Source: Pseudomonadota bacterium (GTDB lineage: Bacteria > Myxococcota > JACRCW01 > JAFGSX01). Taken from it: 64,000 bases of DNA. A program made the translations under genes and the position numbers. Under the pieces are notes generated by a model that saw nothing but the letters and a program-made list of their open reading frames with translations, had not been told where the DNA came from and did no database searches. The stretch is from positions 32,001 through 96,000 of the forward strand of contig JBDRCO010000076.1 in NCBI GenBank assembly GCA_043821645.1. The letters are read 5' to 3'. Positions 8,859-18,830 of this stretch are shown here, piece by piece (position 1 is the first letter of the stretch; each line of letters opens with the position of its first letter).

Positions 8859-10645
8859 CGGGCACCTCCGCCACCTGGCTGAGCATGCACGTCCTGGTGG
8901 CAGCCGTCGCAGCGCCGGGGCACGCCGCGGTACCAGGCCACGACGCTGCCGCCCTCAATCGGCACCGAGGGGTGACAGCGGGCGCAGGGCACGCGCGCAT
9001 GGGCGCCGGTCAGGGTGATGTCGCCGAACGCAGGGTCGCCGTGGACGAAGCGTGACGGCTTGAACTTCTGCGTGTCATGGCAGCGCTCGCAGGTGAGGTC
9101 GCCGAACTGGCCGCGGTGCACATCCGTGTGGCAGGTGGCGCAGACCCGGGCCGTGCCCCGGTACTCGACCCGCTCCTGCCGCCGCTGGTGGCAGCGGGCG
9201 CAGCTCGCCTCGCGGTGCTTTCCGGTCAGGGCAAAGCGGCTGTCCCGGTCATGGTCGAACCGAGGCTGGGCAAAGCTGTCGAGCTGGTGGCACGCACTGC
9301 ATGGCTTGACGGGCTCGCCGCGGGCGAACTGCCCACCGTGCACGTCGCGGTGGCAGCTGTCGCAGCGCGTCGACGTGACCTCGGGCCGGCGCAGGCGGGT
9401 GAAGTTGTACAGCTCGGTGCGGCGCACCGGCTCGGGCGCATCGCGCACGCTCGCTGGCAGCTTGGCCGAGAAGCGCTCGGGATCCGGCGGATGGCAGGCA
9501 TTGCAGGCCACCGCGCGGTGCGCACCCTCGAGCGGGTAGGGGCCCTTGTCGTGCCGCGCCAGGTTGTAGCGCGGAGGATAGAATCCCTGCTCGTCGTGGC
9601 AGCGTTCGCACGCCGTGCCGCGCCCGCCCTCGTCAGCGACCTGCCCGAAGTGCGCATCGCGGTGACAGTCGTCGCAGCGCTCGAAGGCGAGGCCCCGGGT
9701 CTGCAGGCCGCCACCCTTCTTGGCGGGATGGCAGGTCCCGCAGCGCGCGACCTCGTGCAAACCTCGCAGCGGGAAGCGACTCTTGTCGTGGAAGCTCTTC
9801 TGGGCCTTGCTGATGTGGGTGCGCGACCAGCTGGTCTCGACGTGGCAGCGCTCGCAGCGCTGGCCGAACTTGCCGCGGTGCACATCGCTGTGACAGGACG
9901 CGCAGCCTCGGGCTCCCACCCCGCGATAGTCCACCACCTGGGTCGGCTTGACCGGAGGCAGGATGGCCGAGGCCGTCGCCTCGACCTCCCGCGCCGGGTG
10001 GCACTTGAGGCAGGAGGTCTTGGCGTGAGCGCCGCGCAGTTTGTAGACGCTGGCGTGGTCGAAGCCCCGCGCTGGCGCAAAGGCCGTGGCATCGTGGCAG
10101 CGCTGGCAGGCCTTGCCCAGCTGGCCCCGGTGCTCGTCGAAGTGGCAGGCGTTGCAGCTTCGATCGAGCCCGAGGTAGGTCGCCGGCTCCTTGCCGTCGC
10201 CCAGACGCTTGCGCAGCTCTGGCGCGCGCACCAGGGCCGCCCGGTGGCAGGCCGCACAGGCTGCCTTGGCATGCTTGCCGTCGAGAGCCCAGCCACTGCG
10301 CTTGTGGTCGAACTGCTCGCGGCTCCCCTTCCACTCGGTCAGGGAGGCGTCGATCCCGCGGTGGTCGCGGTGGCAGCTCAGGCAGCCCTTGTCCTTGACC
10401 TCGGCCTGGGCGTGCATGCCGCGCTGGCGGGCGATGCCCTGCGCGAGATCCCGATGGCACTCCAGACACAGCTTGCCATCGACCTTGGCGCCGAGCTCGT
10501 GGCACTTCGTGCATTGCCGCAAGCCCTCAAGCTTGGTGTGGGGGCGGGCCAGGGGGCCCGGCGACAGCACCTGCGCCGACAGCGCGGCGGGCAGCACCAC
10601 CACGACGATCGCCAGGCCTCGGGCTGTGTGCTTCAGAAGATCCAT
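8855..10645 (-). CDS. 20-heme periplasmic c-type cytochrome
   Basis: 20 CxxCH motifs counted; signal peptide ending ALSA, then QVLSPGPLARPH; likely start ATG 10645. Confidence 0.92.
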   Translation of the reverse strand: MDLLKHTARGLAIVVVVLPAALSAQVLSPGPLARPHTKLEGLRQCTKCHELGAKVDGKLCLECHRDLAQGIARQRGMHAQAEVKDKGCLSCHRDHRGIDASLTEWKGSREQFDHKRSGWALDGKHAKAACAACHRAALVRAPELRKRLGDGKEPATYLGLDRSCNACHFDEHRGQLGKACQRCHDATAFAPARGFDHASVYKLRGAHAKTSCLKCHPAREVEATASAILPPVKPTQVVDYRGVGARGCASCHSDVHRGKFGQRCERCHVETSWSRTHISKAQKSFHDKSRFPLRGLHEVARCGTCHPAKKGGGLQTRGLAFERCDDCHRDAHFGQVADEGGRGTACERCHDEQGFYPPRYNLARHDKGPYPLEGAHRAVACNACHPPDPERFSAKLPASVRDAPEPVRRTELYNFTRLRRPEVTSTRCDSCHRDVHGGQFARGEPVKPCSACHQLDSFAQPRFDHDRDSRFALTGKHREASCARCHQRRQERVEYRGTARVCATCHTDVHRGQFGDLTCERCHDTQKFKPSRFVHGDPAFGDITLTGAHARVPCARCHPSVPIEGGSVVAWYRGVPRRCDGCHQDVHAQPGGGGAR

Positions 10646-12579
10646 CGGTACCCCAGCAGCAGCGATACCCCCACGTGCAGGGCGATGGTCAGTACCAGCA
10701 GCAAGGCCAGGGCCACGTGAAACAGCCGCCAGGCGCGCAGCAGCGTCTTGAACAGAGCGCTGCCCGCGGCGGCCATGCCAAAGCGATGGGTGGTCTGGAT
10801 GCGGCCGTAGATGAATCGCCCCACCACTCCCGTGGCGACGACGGCGCCAAGGGCGATGAAGGTGGCTTGGGCGATGAGGTTCTTGCTCTGAAAGGCCGAG
10901 TGAAAAGCGATCACCGCGGGCGTGAACAGGCCGATCACCGCGTGCACCGTGAGCCAGCGACGCAGCGAGCCGGTCCCACGTAGCAGAGCCAGACGCTTGC
11001 GTGCGGCATAGGTGAAGTTGGTCAGCATGACCAGGGTCGCCGCGATGCCGATGCCGTGTCCCCAGCTGCCGCTCGAGCGCAGCCGCTCGTGCAGGGGCGC
11101 AGCCTCGCGCGCCAGGACGTCCAGCACGTAGTAGTCGCGACCGAGCCAGGCCAGCGCCGAGACCACGGCCAGACCCAGGGCGGACAGGCCGAGGCCAAGC
11201 CAGGGACCCGCCTCGACGTGATCGCGCAGGTGCAGGTGCACACCCCGGGGCGCGTCCCGAGGCGGCTGACCGAACCAGCGGTCCGTGCGAATCCCGTGCT
11301 GCTCCAAAAAAGGCGTGGGCAGCTCGCCACCCAGGGCCGCGAGCACGAAATCGATGTCCTGGGCGCGCTCGCCGTCCGGGCCACGCAGCCGCACCTTGTC
11401 CGTCGTCACGGCCAGCACGTCGCTGCGCAACAGCAGCTGTAGCTGACCGGCGTCGTGCAGCGCCTCGACGCGCTGGCGGTTGGGCGCCTTGGCGCGAAAG
11501 AAGCTGTCTCCGCGATAGCACACGGTCACCCGGGCGCCGTGTTCGACCAGACTGCTGGCAGCCTCCAGGGCGCTGTCGCCACCCCCCACCACCAGCACCC
11601 GCTGCCCGCTGTACTGCTTGGGCTCGATCAGGTGGTAGGCCACGTGGGGCAGCCCCTCGCCGTCGACGCCCAGGCGTCGCGGTGTGCCGCGCCGGCCAAT
11701 GCCGAGCACGATCTTGCGCGCGGCCAGGGGCCCGGTCGAGGTGTGCAGCACGAAGTTGTTGTCCTCACCCTCGAAGCGTTCGAGCCGGGTTCCTGCCCGG
11801 ACCTCGAGTCGGGTCTCGGCCAGCACTTCCTGCCACACCTGCAGCAGCTCCTCCTTGGTCATCTCGGCGCGGTGTACCCGCCCGAACAGCGGCACGTCGA
11901 TGGGCTCGGTCATCACCAGCTTCTGGCGCGGGAAGTGGGCAATGGTGCCGCCCAGGGCGGGCTCCTGTTCGAGCAAGGCATAGCTCGCCCCGGCTTCCAG
12001 CGTGGCCAGCGCCGCGCCCATGCCCGCAGGTCCCGCGCCGACGATGGCGACGTCGACACAGCGTGCCGGTCGCGCACCTTCCAGGTGCCGCACCGCATCC
12101 TGGGCGGCGGCCACGCCCTGCAGGATGGCATTGCGGATCAGACCCATGCCGCCCAGTTCGCCGGCGATGTAGACGCCCGCTCGGCTGGTCTCGAACTGGG
12201 GTGTCAAGAAGGGGATGTCCTGGCCGCGCTCGGCGCTGCCGAAGACCAGGCGGATGGCGCCCACCGGGCACTCCACGGCGCAGCGACCGTGGCCGATGCA
12301 GGCCGCGCCGTGCACCAGGCGACCGGCCCCGCCGACGATGCCCAGCACGTCGCCTTGGGGGCAGGCGGCGACGCAAGCCTGGCTCGAGATGCAGCGATCA
12401 GTGTCGATGACGGGGTGCAGTGAGGCTGGAACGTGCAGGCCCGCAGCCTCGACCGCCTGCATGCGCTGACGCTCGGTGCGATCGCGCCGCCGCGCTCGCA
12501 GCAGCAGCAAGCCCGCGGTGACGACGAGGATCAGGGCCAGCGCCCAGCCCGCGACGAGGGTTTCGAACGACAGGTCCAT
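10633..12579 (-). CDS. membrane-anchored ferredoxin + FAD/NAD(P)H oxidoreductase fused to a His-containing polytopic membrane domain
   Basis: N-terminal TM; CISSQACVAACP and CIGHGRCAVECP; VAIVGAGPAG; VVGGGDSA; C-terminal TM helices with several His. Alternative start 12603. Confidence 0.85.
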   Translation of the reverse strand: MDLSFETLVAGWALALILVVTAGLLLLRARRRDRTERQRMQAVEAAGLHVPASLHPVIDTDRCISSQACVAACPQGDVLGIVGGAGRLVHGAACIGHGRCAVECPVGAIRLVFGSAERGQDIPFLTPQFETSRAGVYIAGELGGMGLIRNAILQGVAAAQDAVRHLEGARPARCVDVAIVGAGPAGMGAALATLEAGASYALLEQEPALGGTIAHFPRQKLVMTEPIDVPLFGRVHRAEMTKEELLQVWQEVLAETRLEVRAGTRLERFEGEDNNFVLHTSTGPLAARKIVLGIGRRGTPRRLGVDGEGLPHVAYHLIEPKQYSGQRVLVVGGGDSALEAASSLVEHGARVTVCYRGDSFFRAKAPNRQRVEALHDAGQLQLLLRSDVLAVTTDKVRLRGPDGERAQDIDFVLAALGGELPTPFLEQHGIRTDRWFGQPPRDAPRGVHLHLRDHVEAGPWLGLGLSALGLAVVSALAWLGRDYYVLDVLAREAAPLHERLRSSGSWGHGIGIAATLVMLTNFTYAARKRLALLRGTGSLRRWLTVHAVIGLFTPAVIAFHSAFQSKNLIAQATFIALGAVVATGVVGRFIYGRIQTTHRFGMAAAGSALFKTLLRAWRLFHVALALLLVLTIALHVGVSLLLGYRWIF

Positions 12580-12711
12580 ACCCAGTCCGTCCTCGCCGCT
12601 CATCCCCGCGGCCACGCCCCGAGTGTACGCGTCCGTCGGAGTCCCGTCCGCCACTTTTCTGAGGCTCACTGCGAGTGCGCCGTCGTGGATGGCGACTCCG
12701 GGGCCGGCGGC

Positions 12712-14595
12712 CTACAGGCCCTGCAAAACCTCGACGCTGGGCACGGGGCTGAGGACACCCGATCCCACATCCACATCGCTGAGCCTGGCAGCGCGCAGCA
12801 CCACCACCCCGGCCGAGCCGCCGCCACCGCCCGATCCGTCCTGGCTGTCCACACCGTCGAGCCCGCTCGACCGGTCACGCCAGCCGCCGTTGCCCCCGCC
12901 CGCGCCCGCCACGGCCTCGCGCGCGGCGAAAGGACCATCCTCGCCGTCCTGGACGGGGTAGCTCCCGGCACCACCACCCGCGCCACCGTTGGCCGCCAGG
13001 ATCGCGCCGCCGGAGATCTCGACCGCGGGGGCCTCGACGACAAGGCGTCCCCCTGCGCCGCCGCCTCCGCCACCGTCGTCGTAACTCGAGAACCGGTCGC
13101 CCTCGCCGCCGCCGCCCGAGCCATGAATGCCGGCGCCTGCGCCGCGAACGGTCACCCGAGTCCAGGACGCCAGCACGATGGCACCTCCACCGCCGCCCCC
13201 AGCACCTCCGTAGGCCGGGTTGGCCGTGGCGTTGGACCCCAGACCGCCACCGCCTCCGCCACTGCCCCCACACAGGGCGGTCGTGCCGACCAGGAGACCG
13301 CCCGAGCCGCCAAGCGTCGCCGGAGTACCTGGGTCGTTTCCTCCGCGGCCTCCGACGGCAGCGTGGCCGCCCCCACCTCCACCCATCTCGTCACCCCCGC
13401 TGGAGGAGTAGAAGCCCATGCCTCCACCCCCTCCACCCGGACCCGAACCCTGCTGTCCCGGGTTCTCGGCCAGGCCCCCCGCAAAGCCACCGGGTCCCGC
13501 GCAGGTGGCAGCGCTCGCCGCACACGCCGCGCGACCTCCGCTGACATCGATGACGCCTTCGATCAGGGCGTCGCCCCGTGCCACTAGCGCAGCCGCCCGT
13601 GTGCCACGCACGCGGACGCGTACGCCGACGGGAACGGCCATGTTCGTGAAGGCGAAGACGCCCACCTCGACGGGCTGTCCCGCGCAATCGGCCATGTTGC
13701 CAACGTGAAAGTCTGGCCAGGGCGCTCCAGCCAGGGTGCCCAGATCGGTGTCCAGGACCAGATCTGCGTCCGGGGCCAGGGCGGCGGTGGCCAGCCTCAC
13801 CCACTCCGGATCAATGCCACCGGAGAGCGCCGGCCGCTGGCAGCGGATCTCGCCACTCGCGCAGCCCAGTGGACAGTACTCGATGTTGATCCAGTGCTCG
13901 CTGCTGCAGATCTGGTTGAGGTTGCCCTGGCACTGCCGCGACGGCTCCACGCACTCCGGTGTGTACAGGTCCGGGAGGGCCTGATCTGGCTGCGCCAGGT
14001 CCGGCAGGGACGCGTCGCCAGGCAGCGCCGAGTCGACGCTGGCCCCATCCGCCGCATCGCTACCCAGGTCCGGGCTCCCGCTCTCCGCGTTGCTCGTGTC
14101 CGCGCTCGTTGCATCGACGGCGGACTGCAGGTCCCCCGGCAGAGCATCCAGGTCGACTCCGGCGTCACGAAAGGCGCCGTCATCCGGCGTCACGTCCGGG
14201 GCCAGGGCATCGGCAGCCTCGGCATCCGCACTGGCATCGCCCCCGGCATCCATCGGGCTGAGATCATTGGCCGAGGCAAGGTCGGCGACCCACAGGTCTG
14301 GCGGGCCGCCCTCGGGTGTCTCCAGATCCAGGATGGCCGAGTCCTGCGCGCCGCCCTGGTCCACCAGGTGGCGGTCCTGATGCGCGTCGACGGGTACACG
14401 CCGGCTGTCCAGCGCACCCGCATCCGCGAGCAGGGCGACAGCCACGCAGCGACCCGGCTTGCCATGACAGCGATAGCCCTGGGAGCAATCCCCGTCGATC
14501 TGACACTCGAACAGCAATTGATCCTGATCCACCGGAGAGGCGGGGCAGGCTGCCAGCAGCAGGAGAAGCCCGAGCTGTGTCCGGCGTGACGACAT
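12712..14595 (-). CDS. glycine-rich cell-surface lipoprotein
   Basis: LLAAC lipobox, Cys-rich EGF-like module, D-A-x low-complexity linker, GGGGGGAIVL-type Gly-rich repeats. Confidence 0.75.
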   Translation of the reverse strand: MSSRRTQLGLLLLLAACPASPVDQDQLLFECQIDGDCSQGYRCHGKPGRCVAVALLADAGALDSRRVPVDAHQDRHLVDQGGAQDSAILDLETPEGGPPDLWVADLASANDLSPMDAGGDASADAEAADALAPDVTPDDGAFRDAGVDLDALPGDLQSAVDATSADTSNAESGSPDLGSDAADGASVDSALPGDASLPDLAQPDQALPDLYTPECVEPSRQCQGNLNQICSSEHWINIEYCPLGCASGEIRCQRPALSGGIDPEWVRLATAALAPDADLVLDTDLGTLAGAPWPDFHVGNMADCAGQPVEVGVFAFTNMAVPVGVRVRVRGTRAAALVARGDALIEGVIDVSGGRAACAASAATCAGPGGFAGGLAENPGQQGSGPGGGGGGMGFYSSSGGDEMGGGGGGHAAVGGRGGNDPGTPATLGGSGGLLVGTTALCGGSGGGGGGLGSNATANPAYGGAGGGGGGAIVLASWTRVTVRGAGAGIHGSGGGGEGDRFSSYDDGGGGGGAGGRLVVEAPAVEISGGAILAANGGAGGGAGSYPVQDGEDGPFAAREAVAGAGGGNGGWRDRSSGLDGVDSQDGSGGGGGSAGVVVLRAARLSDVDVGSGVLSPVPSVEVLQGL

Positions 14596-14628
14596 CCGAG
14601 GATTGTAGCGCAGCACGCCAGGTCGCGC

Positions 14629-15834
14629 TCAGTCCTCGTCGCCGACCGCGCCATCCCCGTCGCTGGCGCCGAAGCCAATGACGCCCGGTCCGAACCTGTC
14701 CTTGAGCGCATCGATGGCACGCAGCACCTTCTCCCGTGGGCCTGCGTTCCGGCTGGTGGCATCGAACAGCGAGAGCTGGCGCGGCCTGTCCTCGTCGAAG
14801 CCGGTGAGACCCACGCCGATCAGGCGCACAGGTCGCCCCGCGAAGCCGCTCTCCTCGTACAGGCGCCACGCCTCGTCGAGCAGCTCGCGCTCGTCGTGGG
14901 TTGGCAGGTCACGGGTGAAGCGCCGGGTGTGGGTCTCGAAGCCAGGCAGGCGAATTTTCAGGGTCACGGTGCGGCCTTGCCTCTGCGTGCGCCGCGCCGC
15001 GCGCGCGATGCCCCCGGCCAGCCTGCGCAGGGTGTCCCGCAGCACGGCAGGGTCCGTGACGTCGTGTTGAAAGGTGCGTTCCTTGCTGATCTGCTTGCGT
15101 TCGCTGCCCACGCCGACGGTGGCAGAACCCAGACCCCGCGACTGCCGGTACAGCATCTCCCCCGGGTCCTCGCCGAAGCGCCGCTGCAGACGCTCCAGTG
15201 ACCAGCGCCGGATGTCGCCAACACTGCCCAAACCCGCATTCGCGATCGCCTGACCGAGCTTGGGTCCGACACCGCGCAACACGCGTACCGGCAGGGGATC
15301 GAGAAAAACCTCGACCTGCTCCAGAGGGACCACGGTCAGGCCGTCGGGTTTGTGGTGGTCGCTGGCGATCTTGGCGATCAATCGGTTGGGACCTATGCCC
15401 ACGGACATGCTCAGGCCGAGCTCCCGGCGCACCAGATCCTTGGCGTGGCGCCCGACCTCGACAGGAGCGCCGAGAAGCCGCTCGGTCCCGGCCAGGTCCA
15501 GGTAGGCCTCGTCGACGGAGACGGGCTCGACCAGCGGCGAGAAGTGCTCGAGCAGTTCCATCAGCCGATCGCTGGCCTCGCTGTAGCGGACGAAGTCGGG
15601 CGTCACGAACACGGCGTGGGGGCAGCGCTTGAACGCCTCGTTGATGGGCATGGCCGAGTGGATACCGAAGACCCGCGCCTCGTAGGAGCAGGTCGACACC
15701 ACGCCGCGGCCTCCAGGTTGGGCGCCGACCACCACAGGGCGCCCGCGCAGTTCGGGTCTGTCGCGCTGCTCGATGGCCGCGAAGAAGGCGTCCATGTCGA
15801 CATGCATGATGACCGTTGGTGGATCGAGGCGCAT
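14629..15834 (-). CDS. dinB: DNA polymerase IV (Y family)
   Basis: HVDMDAFFAAIEQ, CSYEAR, SVDEAYLD, AKIASD..KPDG and little-finger domain. Confidence 0.96.
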   Translation of the reverse strand: MRLDPPTVIMHVDMDAFFAAIEQRDRPELRGRPVVVGAQPGGRGVVSTCSYEARVFGIHSAMPINEAFKRCPHAVFVTPDFVRYSEASDRLMELLEHFSPLVEPVSVDEAYLDLAGTERLLGAPVEVGRHAKDLVRRELGLSMSVGIGPNRLIAKIASDHHKPDGLTVVPLEQVEVFLDPLPVRVLRGVGPKLGQAIANAGLGSVGDIRRWSLERLQRRFGEDPGEMLYRQSRGLGSATVGVGSERKQISKERTFQHDVTDPAVLRDTLRRLAGGIARAARRTQRQGRTVTLKIRLPGFETHTRRFTRDLPTHDERELLDEAWRLYEESGFAGRPVRLIGVGLTGFDEDRPRQLSLFDATSRNAGPREKVLRAIDALKDRFGPGVIGFGASDGDGAVGDED

Positions 15835-15942
15835 GACTGTGCAGCCTACAGCGTCGGCGCGATGCCGTCAGCGCGGTGTATACCCCCGGACCTGGCCGCT
15901 CAGCGTCCACCGAGGTGCAGAACGGGAAGGACGGGGTCCGGA

Positions 15943-16449
15943 CTACGCGAGCCGGAGCGAGGCCACGAACGCAGGAAGGGTATGCAGGCGGAAGTGGGTG
16001 ACCGAGCGCGACACCAGCTTGCCCGTGTCGACCTCGACCACGGTGCCGAAGCAGGTGGTGTGGGTGTAGGGCAGGTTCCACGGCCAGATATTGACCTTCT
16101 CGCCCACGAAGCGGTGGCGCCGACCCTGGGCGTCGAAATCGAAGCTGTAGCGCAAGGTACGATCGGCGAAGTAGCGCAGGGCGAGGCTGCCGCGGCAGGG
16201 CGCATTCTTGCACAGGAAGTCCACGCTCACCGTGCCCTCGAGCTCGTTGACCATGAAGTCGTCCCGGAAGGGATTGAGAAAACGCGTGAGGTCGCGCGGG
16301 CCCCAGCTCGCCACGAAGTGCATGTGGTGCCGCCCCTCGGGTCCACAGCCGGGTTCGAACACATGCTCACCGCTCATGACCTCGTCCATGCGAAAACCAA
16401 CGCGACCCTCGCTCAGCATGTTGACGATGCTCTGGATGCGACCTGACAT
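15943..16449 (-). CDS. hypothetical beta-rich protein (168 aa), probably co-transcribed with the SDR
   Basis: GGAGG upstream, GC-biased codons; F.M.E.M.G / G.K / TT pattern loosely recalls a domain fused to GMC oxidases (weak). Confidence 0.7.
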   Translation of the reverse strand: MSGRIQSIVNMLSEGRVGFRMDEVMSGEHVFEPGCGPEGRHHMHFVASWGPRDLTRFLNPFRDDFMVNELEGTVSVDFLCKNAPCRGSLALRYFADRTLRYSFDFDAQGRRHRFVGEKVNIWPWNLPYTHTTCFGTVVEVDTGKLVSRSVTHFRLHTLPAFVASLRLA

Positions 16450-16471
16450 GGTGACCTCCGACGAAGAATTC

Positions 16472-17275
16472 TCAAGCCTGGGCCCGCTTGCCCAGAAACA
16501 GATAGCTCGCGCGCGCGATGACCTCGGGCGCCAGGGGCACGAAGTTGGCGTAGTAGCCCAGCTCGTTGAGCAGACTGACCTTCTCGACCTTCTGGCGGCG
16601 CTTGACCGCCTTGAACAAAATGCGGCCGACGCGCTCGGGGCTCATCGAGTAGTAGGGCAACAGCTTCATGCTCAGGCGCGTGCCCCAGCTTTCACCCTGC
16701 ACGTCGTTGTAAAAACCGGTGTTGACCATGAAGGGGTACACCGTCGTCACGGTGACGCCATCGCGCTTGACCTCGTAGTGCAGGATCTCGCTGAAGGTCC
16801 CCAGGGCGGCCTTGATGCAGGCGTAGGCACCCCAGGTCGGCAGCTTGAAGAAGGCCTGGCCCGACGACACGTTGACGATGTGGCCGGTGTGGCGCGCCCG
16901 CATCTGCGGCAGGTAGGCGTAGACGTGGTACAGCGGTCCCCACAGGTTGACGTCGACCAGCTTCTTCCAGGTCGCCAGGGACGTGTCGGCCAGCTCGTTG
17001 GTGTAGCCGATGCCCGCATTGTTGATCAGGATGTCGATCTCGCCGACCCGGCCCGCCACCTCCTGCACCTGCTTGGGTTTGCTCACGTCGTAGCACTCGG
17101 TCTGCACCTTGGCGCCGAGCTTGCGGAGCTGGCGTGCGGCCTTCTTGAGTGCGCCCTCGTTGAGGTCGGTAATGATCAGCTCGCACCCCGCGCGCGCGAA
17201 CTCCTCGGCCGTGCACAGGCCAATGCCGCTCGCTGCGCCGGTGATGAGGACCCTCTTTCCATCGAGCCAGGACAT
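16472..17275 (-). CDS. short-chain dehydrogenase/reductase (SDR)
   Basis: TGAASGIG, NNAG, NVSS, YACIK; GGAGG before ATG 17275. Confidence 0.93.
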   Translation of the reverse strand: MSWLDGKRVLITGAASGIGLCTAEEFARAGCELIITDLNEGALKKAARQLRKLGAKVQTECYDVSKPKQVQEVAGRVGEIDILINNAGIGYTNELADTSLATWKKLVDVNLWGPLYHVYAYLPQMRARHTGHIVNVSSGQAFFKLPTWGAYACIKAALGTFSEILHYEVKRDGVTVTTVYPFMVNTGFYNDVQGESWGTRLSMKLLPYYSMSPERVGRILFKAVKRRQKVEKVSLLNELGYYANFVPLAPEVIARASYLFLGKRAQA

Positions 17276-17360
17276 GCCGCCTCCCCGCGCAGAAATGGAA
17301 TTGACGCAGTGCATTATCATGAATTGCCCGGGGATGCCACCGCTGCGAGGTGGCCGGCCA

Positions 17361-18146
17361 TCAGCGGGGTCGGCCGACTGCAGGGCGGGGACCGATGCCG
17401 AACAGGTGGAACGCGTTCTCCGTCGTCACCCTGGCAATCTCCTCGACGGAGTCGCCGCGAAGCTCGGCCAGACAGCGCGCCACGGCCGCCACGTGGCAGG
17501 GTTCGGTCTGCGCGGGTGGCACGCCGTCGAGGCCTATCGAGGGCGCGTCCGTCTCCAGCAGCAGGTGGCGTGCATCCACCGCGGCTGCCGAGGCCCGGGC
17601 GCGCTCGGCCCGGGGTCTGGTCACGGCTCCTCCAAAGGCGATGTGCAGGCCCAGATCGACGAAGCGTTGGGCCAGCTGCGGGCTGCGCGAGAAGGCATGG
17701 AGGACCCCTCGCAGATGCGGTGTGTGAGAGGTGAGGAGGGTGATCAGCTCCTCGAAGGCGCCGCGGCAGTGCAGCAGCACCGGGAGGTCAAGCTCCCGGG
17801 CCAGGTCGAGCTGGGAGCGCAGTACCGAGAGCTGGCGCGCACGATCCGCGTCGGGGATGGCGAAATCCAGGCCCACCTCGCCCACAGCCACGGCCTGGCT
17901 GTCGATGAGAGCGCGGCGCAGCACGGCCAGATCGAGGTCCTCGCCGGCGACCCAGGGGTGCAGGCCAAAGGCCAGGTGCACGCCGGCGCGACCTCGGAGG
18001 TCATCGAGCAGGTCCCACGACGCCACGTCGTAGGCCGGCACGACGATCTGCCCCACACCGACGTCCCGGGCGCGGGCGAGCACGCCCTCGAGGTCCTGCC
18101 ACAGCGGCGGCAGGAACAGGTGGCAGTGTGTGTCGACGAGTTCCAT
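17361..18146 (-). CDS. TatD family nuclease
   Basis: DTHCH, GLHP, GEVGLD, LHCR, LHAFS, ETDAP. Confidence 0.93.
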   Translation of the reverse strand: MELVDTHCHLFLPPLWQDLEGVLARARDVGVGQIVVPAYDVASWDLLDDLRGRAGVHLAFGLHPWVAGEDLDLAVLRRALIDSQAVAVGEVGLDFAIPDADRARQLSVLRSQLDLARELDLPVLLHCRGAFEELITLLTSHTPHLRGVLHAFSRSPQLAQRFVDLGLHIAFGGAVTRPRAERARASAAAVDARHLLLETDAPSIGLDGVPPAQTEPCHVAAVARCLAELRGDSVEEIARVTTENAFHLFGIGPRPAVGRPR

Positions 18147-18326
18147 TCCCTCGTCCCTCCCGGGCCGCGGACCTTGTCCTGACGGGCCAGGACCCCCGCA
18201 GAACGCACTGGCGCGGACCGTCCGGACACGCTATCTCATCCGGCGCCCCTTTCGAATCGCCTCCCACGCGTTCGATCGGCATCCACAGGAGGGCGCACCC
18301 CGGCCGGGTGCGTCAAGGAGCTTCTC

Positions 18327-18830
18327 GTGACCACAGCAGCGCGCATCGCAGACGGCACGATCGTCACCATCCACTACACCTTGACCGACGACACAGGAGA
18401 GGTTCTTGACTCGTCACGGGACTCCGAACCTCTGGACTACCTGCAGGGGGCGGGCAACATCGTGCCGGGGCTCGAGCGCAAGATGATGGGTCACGGCGTG
18501 GGCGACACGATGCAGGTGGTGGTCGCGCCCGCCGACGCCTACGGCGAGCGCGAGGAGATGGAGGCACAGAAGGTGCCACGCTCAGTGTTCCCGGCCGACG
18601 CTGAATTCGAGGAGGGCATGCCCATCGCAGCCGAGGGACCGGACGGCGAGATGACGCCGCTGTGGATCACCCACATTGACGACGAGGCCATCTACGTCGA
18701 CACCAACCACCCCCTGGCCGGGGTGACCCTGCACTTCGACGTCGAGGTGATGGCCATCCGCGCGGCCACCGCCGAGGAGATGGAGCACGGCCATCCCCAT
18801 GGCCCCGACGGGCACCACGACCACCACTGA
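18327..18830 (+). CDS. slyD: FKBP-type peptidyl-prolyl isomerase SlyD
   Basis: IHYTL..GEVLDSS, PGLE, AYGE, DTNHPLAG, His-rich tail HGHPHGPDGHHDHH. Confidence 0.93.
   Translation: MTTAARIADGTIVTIHYTLTDDTGEVLDSSRDSEPLDYLQGAGNIVPGLERKMMGHGVGDTMQVVVAPADAYGEREEMEAQKVPRSVFPADAEFEEGMPIAAEGPDGEMTPLWITHIDDEAIYVDTNHPLAGVTLHFDVEVMAIRAATAEEMEHGHPHGPDGHHDHH

Noticed and set aside
10646-11521. N-terminal extension of the 888-aa cytochrome ORF
   Set aside because: Overlaps the oxidoreductase in another frame; the signal peptide begins at 10645.
15835-15942. SOS/LexA box upstream of dinB
   Set aside because: No recognisable LexA-type motif seen.
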